Shown one piece after another: positions 38,760 through 48,873 of a stretch of DNA of 64,000 bases. How positions within the stretch are numbered: the first letter of the stretch is position 1; each line of letters opens with the position of its first letter. Under the pieces are notes generated by a model that was not told the DNA's origin, did not search any database, and was given only the letters and a program-made list of their open reading frames with translations. A program made the translations under genes and the position numbers. Source of the stretch: Rhodospirillaceae bacterium (lineage in GTDB: Bacteria > Pseudomonadota > Alphaproteobacteria > Rhodospirillales > UBA2165). The stretch covers positions 21,396-85,395 of the forward strand of contig CANIGJ010000010.1 in the NCBI GenBank assembly GCA_947467145.1, in the 5' to 3' direction.

Positions 38760-39016
38760 AGAGACGACTCCTCCTTGCTCACGCGGGCATAATGTTGGTG
38801 ATCGACGCGACGCCGAACGCATGTCGGTGTGTGTCGATCTGGTGGTCTGGACTGTCATGAATATTTAGATATTCCGACTTCTAGGCCCGCGTGAAGCCCT
38901 GCAACGGCGGAATTAGGCGTTGCTTCAAATGTGTCACAGAAGCTGACACACGAATGTCCCACCTGCCACAACGATGCCCCAACTTGGGGCTCATTGGGCG
39001 GTGAAACGCACAAAAA

Positions 39017-39271
39017 TTACTTGGTTTTGTTGTTCTGCTTCGCCGTCTTGGCGTCGGTCGGTTTGCCCGTCTGACGACGCTTTTCGGGTGCTCCGACTCC
39101 GGTCGAGCCGGAATAGCCGGGAGGATCGCTGGTGCCGAAGCTCTCGCGAATTGCTTCGTCGATCTTTTCGTCTTCGGTCAAAGGACGTCCGGTGGGATCG
39201 TTCTTCGGGGGTGCTGAAGAGCCGTTGCGTGGACGCTTATCGTCCTTCTGATTATTGTGTTGGTTTGTCAT
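39017..39271 (-). CDS. Small hydrophilic conserved stress-associated protein (DEAxxESFxxSDPP motif)
   Basis: KIDEAIRESFGTSDPP motif; AGGAG RBS; upstream EcfG-type promoter. Confidence 0.7.
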   Translation of the reverse strand: MTNQHNNQKDDKRPRNGSSAPPKNDPTGRPLTEDEKIDEAIRESFGTSDPPGYSGSTGVGAPEKRRQTGKPTDAKTAKQNNKTK

Positions 39272-39301
39272 GAGCGCTCCTAAAACGTGCGTCATGTCAT
39301 A

Positions 39302-39327
39302 AACCAATCGTAGTGGGGGAGGGTTCC
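39302..39327 (-). promoter_or_regulatory. EcfG-type promoter GGAAC-N17-GGTT
   Basis: Resembles the ECF15 consensus GGAAC-N16/17-cGTT; upstream of the small protein. Confidence 0.55.
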
Positions 39328-39352
39328 CGCGAAAGTAAATTCTTCCGGACGT

Positions 39353-40882
39353 TTAACGGAAATTGGACAGAAACCAGTCCCACAAATATTTGAGATCGAT
39401 GGTCCGCGGCGGATCGATCAGCGCACTTCCCGGCGTGAACGCAACTTCGCCGTCGAATTCGGCGTGCGGGAATTCCAAGAGGCGGCGTTTGGTGACATTC
39501 AGCGCATCGATCGCGCGAATGACGGAACCGTGACGGCGGATTGCACGTGCCACGCGGCGCGGCCGGGCACCCATATGTTCGCCGAGCAAGCGATAGAGGA
39601 ACAGCCTGATCGCCTGTTGCGTATCCGGCGTGCCCCCGATCGCGATATCGCACTCGGTATCGAACCCCAGGGAACGATGATTGAGATTGGACGATCCGAT
39701 CCGCAGATAACAATCGTCGATGATCGTGACCTTGGAATGGACCTTGATCTTGACCAGCGGATTGGGTCGGCAGATTGGCGTAACTGCCCGCAGTCGGCCG
39801 AAGCGGTCGGCGCGGCGCAACAGGGTAAACAGGCTGTCGCGATTGCCGAACATCGCCTTCTGTTCGATCCAGCCCCACGAAATATCGTTCATGACGATGA
39901 CGATTTCGGGACCGTCCTCGCGCTGCAGATGTTCGCAGAGCAGTTCGTTGACGGCATTGATCGTATAATATTGCTGCTCGATATAGATAAGGCGCTTGGC
40001 GGCGCGCAGCATATCCATATTGAGCGCCTCGACCTCGCGTACTTCGGGCTGTTCGCCGAACGACGGCTGACTGCGGGCAATGGCGACGCGAATATTGCGC
40101 AGGCGCGGCAGGACGCGCAACGGCCAGGGATTGGTGCGCGTGACGACCGGTTCCAGTTTCTCGCCCGTGACGAGGCGCCAACGCTCCGCCGCCAGTTCAG
40201 TCATGGCCCGCGCGGCATCGCCGTCGAAGAGGGACTGGACATCGTGCACCGGCCCATACGGCGCATCCGGTTCTTGGCGATGGCAATTGTCGGGTATGTG
40301 ACGTGCGCTGTCCCACCGTCCCTGGGTCAGGTCCATGCCGCCGCTGAAGGCGAGTTTGTCATCGATCACGATGACTTTCTGATGATGGCAGGCGCCGACG
40401 GGATGATGATCGTCGAGACGGAAATGAATGCGCGGATGCGACCACCATTCGGTTCCGAAGCTGATCGGAAAGTCGCGATTGGCGCCGTAAAAAACCGATC
40501 CCCACCAGACCAGGATGAAAATCTCAAGTTCTGGGCGCTCTTCCACCAGATTGAGAAGAAATTGGCCGATCGGCAGACGGTGCGTCTCACGGCGGTGCGG
40601 CCGCAAATGCGTTCCGCTATCGAAATCCCAAGCTAGAATCACGATGCGTTTTTCGGCACGTCGCATGGCCGCCCGCGCGGCCGCGAAGAAATTCTCCCCA
40701 TCGACGAGCATGGCGAAGCGGGACGCCTTCTCGTAGCGCCAGCAATTCGTACCCGGGTTGAAGAATACGCTGGAGTCAGGCTGCGCGGCCGTAGCAATCA
40801 TCGGGCCGGCGAGATCGCGATCTATCGCGTCCTCGTCATTGATTGCCGCGTCCGGCGATGATTTGTCCACGACTCCGTCCAT
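39353..40882 (-). CDS. Phospholipase D family protein (cardiolipin synthase-like); start uncertain
   Basis: Two HKD motifs: HHQKVIVIDD..GGMDL and VHSKVTIIDD..GSSNL. Confidence 0.9.
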   Translation of the reverse strand: MDGVVDKSSPDAAINDEDAIDRDLAGPMIATAAQPDSSVFFNPGTNCWRYEKASRFAMLVDGENFFAAARAAMRRAEKRIVILAWDFDSGTHLRPHRRETHRLPIGQFLLNLVEERPELEIFILVWWGSVFYGANRDFPISFGTEWWSHPRIHFRLDDHHPVGACHHQKVIVIDDKLAFSGGMDLTQGRWDSARHIPDNCHRQEPDAPYGPVHDVQSLFDGDAARAMTELAAERWRLVTGEKLEPVVTRTNPWPLRVLPRLRNIRVAIARSQPSFGEQPEVREVEALNMDMLRAAKRLIYIEQQYYTINAVNELLCEHLQREDGPEIVIVMNDISWGWIEQKAMFGNRDSLFTLLRRADRFGRLRAVTPICRPNPLVKIKVHSKVTIIDDCYLRIGSSNLNHRSLGFDTECDIAIGGTPDTQQAIRLFLYRLLGEHMGARPRRVARAIRRHGSVIRAIDALNVTKRRLLEFPHAEFDGEVAFTPGSALIDPPRTIDLKYLWDWFLSNFR

Positions 40883-40891
40883 GCCCCCCTA

Positions 40892-40916
40892 AACTGTTGC
40901 TTGTGCAATAAGTTCC
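40892..40916 (-). promoter_or_regulatory. EcfG-type promoter GGAAC-N16-AGTT
   Basis: Upstream of the PLD gene. Confidence 0.5.
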
Positions 40917-40973
40917 GGAAAACGGCCTTTTTTCGGCACGCCCCTGTCTAAGGAACGTGGCTGGCCTTTCTAT

Positions 40974-40998
40974 GGAACGTGTCTGGGTTTTTACGGTT
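40974..40998 (+). promoter_or_regulatory. EcfG-type promoter GGAAC-N16-GGTT
   Basis: Immediately upstream of ATG 41007. Confidence 0.55.
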
Positions 40999-41006
40999 AA
41001 ACCCTC

Positions 41007-41966
41007 ATGATGCGGCATAAAATTCTTTCCGCGATCGGGGGGCTGGCCATTTTATTGGCCATTTTCCTCCTCTATCGCGTGTTCAGCCACCAAGATCCGG
41101 GCGCCCTACGCGAAGCCGTAACATCGGTCTCGCTACATACGCTGGCGCTTGCCGGTTTGTTGGCGGCGGGTAGCTTCACGGCGATTGCCGTGCTGGAATA
41201 TCTGGCGGTGCGTCATACCCAGGCACCGGTCCCGCTGCGCCGCGTGATCGCAACGGCGGTTGCGGCCATTGGTATCGGCCATACCATCGGTCTGGCGGCG
41301 CTTTCGAGCGGGGCGATCCGCTACCGCATGTATGGGCGCGCCGGGCATGGCATCATGTTCGTCGGCAAAGTTTTGTTGTTTTCCGGCATATCGACCGCTT
41401 GCGGCTTCGCCGGCACCGGCGGCGTTGCACTTTTGTGGCGGGCCGAGAGCCTGGCTCCGCTCTTGCGCATTTCGCCCGATCTGGTCCGCGGCGTCGGCGC
41501 CGGGATGCTGGGTGTCCTCGGCGCCTATTTTCTGCTGTGCGTTGTCCTGCGGTCGCGAACCGTCGCGGTGGGACAAAAATTCGCTATCCGCGTCCCGAAC
41601 GGCCGTGTGGCGGCGCTACAGATCGTAAGCGCAAATACCAACGTGCTTTGTATCGCCGGCGCGCTATATGCTTGTTTGCGTGATTTTACGGACGTGACCT
41701 ATTCGATGATCGCCGCCTTGTATGTCAGCTCGGATATGACGGCCTTGATCGGTCACGTTCCCGGCGGGTGGGGGGTCCTCGAATACATCACAACGACATC
41801 TTTGAGCGGTACAGAGGTTCTGGCCGGTGTCGTGTTGTTTCGTGCGGTCTATTACCTTGTTCCGCTGGTTGTGGGTCTCGTCGTATTCTTCGTTGACGAG
41901 ATCATCTCATACCATCGGCAGGACGAAAACGTATCTTCAACTCATCCGGTAACGAACGTCACGTGA
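41007..41966 (+). CDS. Lysylphosphatidylglycerol synthase TM domain / UPF0104 (YbhN-like) membrane protein
   Basis: Multi-TM; SSGAIRYRMY, HVPGGWGVLE, FRAVYYLVP. Confidence 0.85.
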   Translation: MMRHKILSAIGGLAILLAIFLLYRVFSHQDPGALREAVTSVSLHTLALAGLLAAGSFTAIAVLEYLAVRHTQAPVPLRRVIATAVAAIGIGHTIGLAALSSGAIRYRMYGRAGHGIMFVGKVLLFSGISTACGFAGTGGVALLWRAESLAPLLRISPDLVRGVGAGMLGVLGAYFLLCVVLRSRTVAVGQKFAIRVPNGRVAALQIVSANTNVLCIAGALYACLRDFTDVTYSMIAALYVSSDMTALIGHVPGGWGVLEYITTTSLSGTEVLAGVVLFRAVYYLVPLVVGLVVFFVDEIISYHRQDENVSSTHPVTNVT

Positions 41967-42712
41967 CACCCGATTCAATTCAATCCGATGCGATGATCGA
42001 CACGGCGACGGACGCAGCGGCGCCGCTGCGCGTCATGACCTACAATATCCATTCGTGCGTCGGCGGCGACCGGCGCTACGATCCGGAACGGATATTGGCG
42101 ATCTTGCGCGAGGTCGATGCCGATATCATCGCGCTGCAAGAAGTCGGCGGCTTCATGCATGGTGAGCTGGAGCAGGCGCATTTCTTCGAACACAAATTGG
42201 ATATGCGCGCGGTGATCGGCCACAATCGATTCCGCAGTAATATCTCGTTCGGCAACGTGCTGCTGGTCCGCAAGGATATCGGGATCGAGGATATGTCTCT
42301 CGTCGATCTCAGCGTCGTGCCGTTCGAACGTAGGGGCGCCATCGATTGCATCTTGCAGACCCGCATCGGGCCGATCCGCACCATCGCCACGCATCTCGGC
42401 CTTTTGGTGCGCGAGCGTCGCAAGCAGATCGAGATCATCGCCAATCGACTGCTGGAACGGCAGCAGCCGATCACGCTCATTCTTGGCGATTTCAATATTT
42501 TCGGTCCCGAGCGTCGGCGCTTGCGTTTGATCGGCGCGCCGAACGTGCTGCCGAAGATCTACAGCTTCCCAGCGCGACGCCCGCTCATGTCGCTGGATCG
42601 TATGTGGGCGATCCCCAACGAACGTCTGACGACGCTCGACCGGCTGCGTACACCATTGTCGCGCATTGCATCCGATCATCTACCGTTGGTTGGCATTATC
42701 GCGCCGTCGTGA
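41963..42712 (+). CDS. Endonuclease/exonuclease/phosphatase family protein (YbhP-like)
   Basis: MTYNIH, ALQEV, ATHLG, GDFN, LDR, ASDHLP. Confidence 0.9.
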   Translation: MTPDSIQSDAMIDTATDAAAPLRVMTYNIHSCVGGDRRYDPERILAILREVDADIIALQEVGGFMHGELEQAHFFEHKLDMRAVIGHNRFRSNISFGNVLLVRKDIGIEDMSLVDLSVVPFERRGAIDCILQTRIGPIRTIATHLGLLVRERRKQIEIIANRLLERQQPITLILGDFNIFGPERRRLRLIGAPNVLPKIYSFPARRPLMSLDRMWAIPNERLTTLDRLRTPLSRIASDHLPLVGIIAPS

Positions 42713-42738
42713 ACAGAACGCGACATTGCGTTCGCCAC

Positions 42739-42763
42739 GGAACTGCCGCCGCTCCCAAAGGTT
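42739..42763 (+). promoter_or_regulatory. EcfG-type promoter GGAAC-N16-GGTT
   Basis: 45 bp upstream of the PRC-barrel gene start. Confidence 0.6.
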
Positions 42764-42808
42764 TTGTCATGGAGAACGAGTTCTTCATACGACCATAGGA
42801 GTTTTGAT

Positions 42809-43189
42809 ATGGCCACGAACAGAGAACTGCACAGTAAAGAAACGGGCCGTTTGATCGCCGCCGACAAGGTCGAAGGCACCAACGTCTACAATCCGTCCGG
42901 CGACAAGCTGGGTTCGATTGAGAACGTCATGATCGATAAGACATCCGGCAAGGTCGCCTACGCGGTGATGTCGTTCGGCGGATTTTTGGGTGTCGGCGAC
43001 AGCCACCATCCGCTGCCGTGGCAGGTGCTGACCTATGACACCGATCAGGGCGGCTATGTCGTCAATCTTGACAAGAAGTCGCTGGAAGGTGCGCCGAGCT
43101 ATCGCACCGACGAGAAGGTCAATTGGGAAGATGAATCGTGGGGCAAGCGCGTCCACGATTATTATCAGGTCCCGCCCTTCTGGGTTTGA
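42809..43189 (+). CDS. PRC-barrel domain protein
   Basis: LIAADKVEGTNVYN..GDKLGSI..GKVAYAVMSFGGFLG..PLPW; AGGAG RBS. Confidence 0.9.
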   Translation: MATNRELHSKETGRLIAADKVEGTNVYNPSGDKLGSIENVMIDKTSGKVAYAVMSFGGFLGVGDSHHPLPWQVLTYDTDQGGYVVNLDKKSLEGAPSYRTDEKVNWEDESWGKRVHDYYQVPPFWV

Positions 43190-43195
43190 TCTTAG

Positions 43196-44227
43196 CTAAA
43201 TCCGTTCGTCTAGGACGTGCGCCAAACCGGTCGGTGCCATCGTTATGGTGGCGCCGACCGTCGGCATTTGGGCATTCGTGCATCGCGCCAAGATCACACG
43301 CTCCGCGACCTGGATGGTCAGCGCGGAGGTGCTGCCGCCAAAATCGATATCGATCACAATGCCCGGGCATCCCGTCCCGTCCGTAGCGATTTGCAGTTGT
43401 TCGGGACGCAGCATGATCTGCGCGGGCCCGCTTCTTGTCGCGTCGTCGACCGCGACGCGACCCAGACAACAATCGGCCCAGCCGGCGTTTAATGTGGCCG
43501 GCAGGATAATCGCTTCGCCCAGGAATTCCGCCGTCGCCGGATCGCGCGGGCGGGCGTAAAGCTCGGCGGGGCTGCCGACCTGTACCAGCCGCGCATTGCG
43601 CATGACGCCGACCTGATCGGCGAAGGATAGGGCTTCGGCCTGATCGTGCGTGACGAGGATGGTTGTGATCCCCGATTCACTCAGGACTTTTGCCACCGCC
43701 TTGCGGGTGGCGGCGCGCAAGCCGGTATCGAGGGCGGAGAACGGCTCGTCCAACAGCATCAATTGCGGGCGTTGCGCCATGGCGCGGGCGAGGGCGACGC
43801 GCTGCTGCTGCCCGCCGGACAATTCGTGCGGCCAGCGTTTCAGCATGGTGCGGTCGAGCGCCACGAGATCCATCAATTCGGCGATGCGCGCATCGCGTCC
43901 GGGGATGTCGCGGGCCAGCCCGAAGCCGATATTACGTTCGACGCTCAGATGCGGAAACAGCGCGCCGTCCTGCGGCAGGTAGCCGATGTGACGATGATGC
44001 GCCGGCACGAAGACGTTCTGGTCAGCGAGTGTTTTGCCGTTCAGCGCGACGGCGCCGGTGTCGGGTGCCTCGAAGCCGGCGATGAGGCGGAGCAAGGTCG
44101 TCTTGCCCGAACCCGAAGCGCCGACAATCGCGGTCCGGCTGCCGGCCGCCACCTTGAGATCGACGCGGTCGATGGCCAGGACGGCGCCGTAGGATTTGGA
44201 AACGGAACGAAGATCGAGCGTGCTCAT
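43196..44227 (-). CDS. fbpC: Fe3+ ABC transporter ATP-binding protein
   Basis: [26 protein letters not shown]; ATGA overlap with the permease. Confidence 0.88.
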   Translation of the reverse strand: MSTLDLRSVSKSYGAVLAIDRVDLKVAAGSRTAIVGASGSGKTTLLRLIAGFEAPDTGAVALNGKTLADQNVFVPAHHRHIGYLPQDGALFPHLSVERNIGFGLARDIPGRDARIAELMDLVALDRTMLKRWPHELSGGQQQRVALARAMAQRPQLMLLDEPFSALDTGLRAATRKAVAKVLSESGITTILVTHDQAEALSFADQVGVMRNARLVQVGSPAELYARPRDPATAEFLGEAIILPATLNAGWADCCLGRVAVDDATRSGPAQIMLRPEQLQIATDGTGCPGIVIDIDFGGSTSALTIQVAERVILARCTNAQMPTVGATITMAPTGLAHVLDERI

Positions 44228-45765
44228 CGGCCTAACGAACGTTGCGATTGATGATAGAGAAGCCAAGTCAGCGGCAGGGATAGCAGGATCATGATGAGCG
44301 CGTAAGGTGCGGCGGCCGCATAATCGATTTCGCTGGTCAGCGCCCAGAAGCCCGTCGCCAAGGTGCGCGTCCCGTTGGGCGCCAGCAACAGGGTCGCGGT
44401 CAATTCGTTGACGATGGCGAGAAACACCAGCGCGCCACCCGCCGCGGCGCCGGGTGCGGCCAGCCGTAAGGTGACGGCCCAGAGCGCCTGCGCGGGCGAG
44501 CGGCCAAGGCTGCGCGCCACGTTTTCCAGCTCGACGGGCGCCTGGGCGATGCTGGCGCGCAACGACACCAGCGCGCGCGGCAGGAACATCAGTAGATAGG
44601 CCAGCATGACCGTCGCCATCGTCTGATACAGCGGATAGGCAAAGCGTACCGTCAAGCTGACCAGGGCCAGCGCCACGACAATGCCGGGCAGCGAACTGGT
44701 GACGTAATCGCAGGCTTCGATGACGCGGACGAGTTTGCCGGGATGGCGGATCGACAGCCACGCAATCGGTATGGCGGCGAGCGTGGTGATCAGCGCCCCC
44801 ATTGCGGCATAAATCAGCGTTTGGGAAAACGCCGGGGCCAGATCGTCGGCATGCCAGACTTCGGCGCCGCCGATGATCAACCAGCGTGCCAGAGTGGTCA
44901 GCGGGACCCCCAATGCCAGAACGCAGGTCGCGATCGGTAGGAGCGAACAAATAAGCGCCGTCGTGCGGCTCAAACGGCGTAGCCGCAGGGTGCGCGCACT
45001 ACCCGTGCCGAGGCGGGCATAGCGCGCACCACCGCGCGTGCCGGCTTCGACCGCGAGCAGCAGCAAGCAGCACAACACAAGGATTCCGGCTAGCGTGTAG
45101 GCGGCGGGACCGTTGAAGGTCGATTGGAACTGATCGAAGATCGCGGTGGTGAAGGTATCGAAGCGGATTAGCGCGTAGAGGCCATATTCCGCCAGCAGAT
45201 GCAGCCCGACCAACAGTGCGCCGCCCCAGATCGGCAGGCGTAGTTGCGGCAGCACGACCCGCATGAAGATCTGCCAGGGCGTCAGGCCCAAGGATGCGGC
45301 GACATCCTCGATGGCCGGATCGAGGCGGCGCAGGGTGGCCGCCACCGGCAAATAGAGAAACGGCGAATAGGCCAGAACCGATACGAGGACGCCACCAAAC
45401 AGCCCGTGCATCGACGGCACTAGGCTGACCCAGGCATAACTATGAACGAAGGCCGGTACGGCGAGCGGCGCGGTCATCAGCACGGCCCACACGCGGCGCG
45501 CGGGAAGGTCGGTTCGTTCGGTCAGCCACGCCAGCCCAACACCCAAGATCGTGCAGAGCGGAATCGTCAGCGCGACCAGCAGGATCGTGTTGGTTAGCAG
45601 TTCGCCGACGCGCGGCCGCACGATCATGGCGACGATTGTCGACCACGGTGTCTCGACCGTGACGTCGACGATCGAGGCGAGCGGTAAGATCGCTAACGCG
45701 GCAACCAAAACCGCCGCACTGACGATCCAGCGCGGCGGTCGATTGGCCGTATGAATGCGCGGCAC
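44224..45765 (-). CDS. fbpB: Fe3+ ABC transporter permease
   Basis: [17 protein letters not shown], two EAA loops, ELTATLLL. Confidence 0.88.
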   Translation of the reverse strand: MPRIHTANRPPRWIVSAAVLVAALAILPLASIVDVTVETPWSTIVAMIVRPRVGELLTNTILLVALTIPLCTILGVGLAWLTERTDLPARRVWAVLMTAPLAVPAFVHSYAWVSLVPSMHGLFGGVLVSVLAYSPFLYLPVAATLRRLDPAIEDVAASLGLTPWQIFMRVVLPQLRLPIWGGALLVGLHLLAEYGLYALIRFDTFTTAIFDQFQSTFNGPAAYTLAGILVLCCLLLLAVEAGTRGGARYARLGTGSARTLRLRRLSRTTALICSLLPIATCVLALGVPLTTLARWLIIGGAEVWHADDLAPAFSQTLIYAAMGALITTLAAIPIAWLSIRHPGKLVRVIEACDYVTSSLPGIVVALALVSLTVRFAYPLYQTMATVMLAYLLMFLPRALVSLRASIAQAPVELENVARSLGRSPAQALWAVTLRLAAPGAAAGGALVFLAIVNELTATLLLAPNGTRTLATGFWALTSEIDYAAAAPYALIMILLSLPLTWLLYHQSQRSLGR

Positions 45766-45793
45766 CTGTTAGCGCCTTGTCTGCGACCCTAGC

Positions 45794-46828
45794 TCAGAGC
45801 AATCCCGCCTGGGTCATCAGGTCGGTCACCTTCGCGCTGTTGAGCTTGGACGCGTCGATTTTGGGTGCGTCCAACTCGTTGAGCGGAACGAGCTTGGCGT
45901 TGGAAGCAGCACCTTCGCCGACGGCATATTCGTAGGATGTGCCGTCGCGCAGGATTTCCTGGCCCTTTTTACCGGCGACCCATTTCAGGAACGCCTGGGC
46001 TTCTTTCGGATGCTTGCTCGAGGCGAGCACGCCGCCGCCGGAAATGCTGATGAAGGCCCCCGGATCTTGATGCTTGAAATAATGCAAGGCGACGTTGTTG
46101 CTGTTCTCGGCCGTCTTCGCCTGATCGCCGGCATAATAGTAGTGATAGATTATGCCGCCATCGATCTCGCCGGTATTCACGGCCTTCATCACCGTGCCAT
46201 TGCCGCGATAGGCGGTGAAATTGGTTTTCATCGCCTTGAGCCAGGCGCGCGTCGCGTCCTCGCCTTTGGCTTCAAGCAATGCGCTGACGATCGCCTGGAA
46301 GTCCGCGCCGGCAGGTGAGGCGGCCCAGCGGCCTTTCCAGCTGGCGTCGGCAAGGTCGAGCATCGATTTCGGCAGCTTGTCAGTGGTGAGCTTGGTCTTG
46401 TTATAGACGAAGACGGTGGCGCGTGCCGCGATGCCAATCCATTTGCCGCTGGACGGGCGATACGCTGGCAGCACTTGCGCCACGGTTGCCGGATCGACGG
46501 TTGCGAACAGTTTGGCATTGTCGACGAGGACCATCGCCGGGGAGTTTTCGGTGAGGAAAACATCGGCAGGTGAGGCGGCACCCTCGGCCACGATCTGATT
46601 GGCGAGTTCCGTGTCGCCGCCGTTACGCACGGTCACCTTGATGCCGGTTTCGCGCGTGAAGCCAGCGACCCATTCCTTGGTTAGGCTGTCGTGCTGGGCG
46701 TTATAGACGACAATGCTGGCGTCATCGGCGGCGTGGACGCTCGCGGCACCCATAGCGGCGGCGAACATCGCGGCTGCGGCAATGACTCGGTTCAGGAAAC
46801 GCATGATCGCAGACCTCATTTGTGACAC
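45794..46828 (-). CDS. fbpA: Fe3+ ABC transporter substrate-binding protein (start may be 46819 or 46804)
   Basis: VYNAQH, SPADVFLTENSP, IYHYYY Fe ligands. Confidence 0.9.
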   Translation of the reverse strand: MSQMRSAIMRFLNRVIAAAAMFAAAMGAASVHAADDASIVVYNAQHDSLTKEWVAGFTRETGIKVTVRNGGDTELANQIVAEGAASPADVFLTENSPAMVLVDNAKLFATVDPATVAQVLPAYRPSSGKWIGIAARATVFVYNKTKLTTDKLPKSMLDLADASWKGRWAASPAGADFQAIVSALLEAKGEDATRAWLKAMKTNFTAYRGNGTVMKAVNTGEIDGGIIYHYYYAGDQAKTAENSNNVALHYFKHQDPGAFISISGGGVLASSKHPKEAQAFLKWVAGKKGQEILRDGTSYEYAVGEGAASNAKLVPLNELDAPKIDASKLNSAKVTDLMTQAGLL

Positions 46829-46896
46829 CCTTCTGTGACCTGGCCGGTAAGATGTTTGGGCCGACAGCGGGGCGTACTTTCGTTAAAGGTGGCGGA

Positions 46897-46960
46897 GCAT
46901 ATCGACTCGCATTAAATCCTGCAAATAATTATTAATTGCGTTTATTATCATATAATGATG
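46897..46960. promoter_or_regulatory. AT-rich region with Fur-like boxes upstream of fbpA
   Basis: Minus strand reads ATGATAATAAACGCAAT and AATGCGAGTCG, resembling Fur and alphaproteobacterial Fur boxes. Confidence 0.4.
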
Positions 46961-46973
46961 GCGCGGGGACCGT

Positions 46974-47687
46974 GTGGCGCTCGACGACGAAATTCTGATT
47001 GCGACGGCAAATCACACCCGGCTGATCACCATCAATCGGGACCATGTGCGTAATGCCCGCTCACGGGCGCACAATCGCCGGATCGCCGAGGCGGTGATGG
47101 ACGCCGATCACGATCCCGACATTTTCCTGATCGCGATCACCGGTGCCGGAAGCAAAGCCTTCTCGTCGGGCGCGGATCTGAAGGACGCCGCCGCGATGGC
47201 CGATCGCGGTGAGGACAATCGCGGCCCGCTCCATTCACCTGAGCGCAGCGTGCACGAGGTCGTCATCGATTCCAAAAAGCCATGTATGGCGATCGTGAAC
47301 GGTCCCGCCTTGGCAGGTGGTTTCGAATTGGTCCTGGCGTGCGATGTGCGCATCGCCGCCGATCACGCTTTTTTCGCCATGACCGAGGCCAAGCGTGGAC
47401 GCGGCGCGCATTTCGCCTCCGTCCTGCTGCCCCAGATCGTGCCGCCGGCCGTTGCCATGGAATGGCTTCTCACCGGGCGGAAAATTCCGGCACAGGAAGC
47501 GCAGCGGTGGGGGCTGGTCAGTCACGTCGTGCCTTATGAAACGCTCATGCCGAGCGCCCTGGCGCTGGCTGAGGAGATTATTGCAGCGCCGCCGGCGTCG
47601 CTGCAACGCATGAAGCAGGCTTACCGCAAGGCGCACAACATGCCGTTGCACGACGCCATCCGGTTGGACGTCGGCCCGGACGCTTAA
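46974..47687 (+). CDS. Enoyl-CoA hydratase/isomerase family protein
   Basis: AFSSGADLK, KPCMAIVNGPALAGGFELVLACD, TEAKRG. Confidence 0.9.
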   Translation: MALDDEILIATANHTRLITINRDHVRNARSRAHNRRIAEAVMDADHDPDIFLIAITGAGSKAFSSGADLKDAAAMADRGEDNRGPLHSPERSVHEVVIDSKKPCMAIVNGPALAGGFELVLACDVRIAADHAFFAMTEAKRGRGAHFASVLLPQIVPPAVAMEWLLTGRKIPAQEAQRWGLVSHVVPYETLMPSALALAEEIIAAPPASLQRMKQAYRKAHNMPLHDAIRLDVGPDA

Positions 47688-47751
47688 GTCATTGTGAAAG
47701 TTGCCGATCGGGCGGGGTGTCTGGCCTGGAGCCCGTTTGGCGGTCTATAAG

Positions 47752-47767
47752 TGGATTCATTAATCCA
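47752..47767. promoter_or_regulatory. Palindrome TGGATT-CATT-AATCCA, putative operator
   Basis: 6-4-6 inverted repeat about 30 bp upstream of the SBP start. Confidence 0.4.
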
Positions 47768-47795
47768 AAGAACAAAATTAAACCGGGAGATTTTC

Positions 47796-48854
47796 ATGCA
47801 AAAGACGTTGCTGTCGGCTCTGGCGCTGTTTGGCGCGATGTCCATCGCGTTATGCGGTCAGGTGCGCGCCCAGGCGCTGGTGATCGACGGCGAGGAGATC
47901 GCGGATGCCAAACTGATGGCCGCCGCCCGGGCGGAAAAGGTCGTCGACGTCTACAGCACGAACCAGACCGAACTGATGCAGGACATTCTGGACAGCTTTC
48001 AGAAAACAACCGGCATCCAGGTCAATTATCTGCGCGTTCCGACCGCCAAAATGTACGACCGCGTGCTGGCGGAGTTTGCCGCCGGCAAACTCGACGTCGA
48101 TTACGCCAATCTCACGGATCTGACCTTGATCAAGGAATGGCTGTCGCGCGGCATCCTGGCCGCGCACAAGGTACCGTGGGACGACAAGATCGCGCCGGAA
48201 CTGAAGGACAAGGACGGACGCTGGTACTATTCGTTCCGCTCGATGCAGACGATCGCGGTGAACACCGAATTGGTGAAGGAAGAGGATTATCCGAAAAGCT
48301 GGACGGACCTCTATGACCCCAAATGGAAGGGCAAGATCGGCTCGCAGACCGTGGAAGCGGGCGGTAGCGCGCTCACCCTGTTCGCCTTCCTGCGTATGAA
48401 GGTCGGCGCCGATTCGTGGGAGAAGCTCGCCGCAGTCAGCCCTCGCACCTATGCCACCTCAGCGCCGATGTACAACGATCTGGTGCGTGGGCGCGTGTCC
48501 GCCGCGCTGGGAACGGCATCGGCTTTTTCCGAAGCGATCGAAAACGGCGCACCGCTTAAGATCATGTTCCCGAAGGAAGGCATGGCGACCTTCGGCTCGA
48601 TGGGCAATCTCACATCGACCGCCAAGCATCCGAATGCCGGCAAGGTCTGGGTCAATTTCATGACCAGCAAACACGCATCCAAGTTCATTGCCAAGCAGGG
48701 TGTGTATGCAACGCATCCCGAAGCGCCGCGCGCCACGGCGGCCGGGTATACCTTCCCGGAGCAATCGGAATTGTGGAACATCTCGCCCGACCAATGGGAT
48801 CGCATTCAGACGACCTGGCCCGACGAATGGCGCAAGATCTTCGAGAAGAAATAA
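47796..48854 (+). CDS. ABC transporter substrate-binding protein (SBP_bac_6-like), orphan
   Basis: Signal peptide; PKSWTDLYDPKWKGKI; AKHPNAG; GGAG RBS. Confidence 0.85.
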   Translation: MQKTLLSALALFGAMSIALCGQVRAQALVIDGEEIADAKLMAAARAEKVVDVYSTNQTELMQDILDSFQKTTGIQVNYLRVPTAKMYDRVLAEFAAGKLDVDYANLTDLTLIKEWLSRGILAAHKVPWDDKIAPELKDKDGRWYYSFRSMQTIAVNTELVKEEDYPKSWTDLYDPKWKGKIGSQTVEAGGSALTLFAFLRMKVGADSWEKLAAVSPRTYATSAPMYNDLVRGRVSAALGTASAFSEAIENGAPLKIMFPKEGMATFGSMGNLTSTAKHPNAGKVWVNFMTSKHASKFIAKQGVYATHPEAPRATAAGYTFPEQSELWNISPDQWDRIQTTWPDEWRKIFEKK

Positions 48855-48873
48855 TCTCTTCCCAACGTAAACC

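Noticed and set aside
43196-44950. 584-aa ORF suggesting an extended ABC ATPase
   Set aside because: The N-terminal part overlaps fbpB in another frame; the real start is MSTLDL at 44227 with an ATGA overlap.
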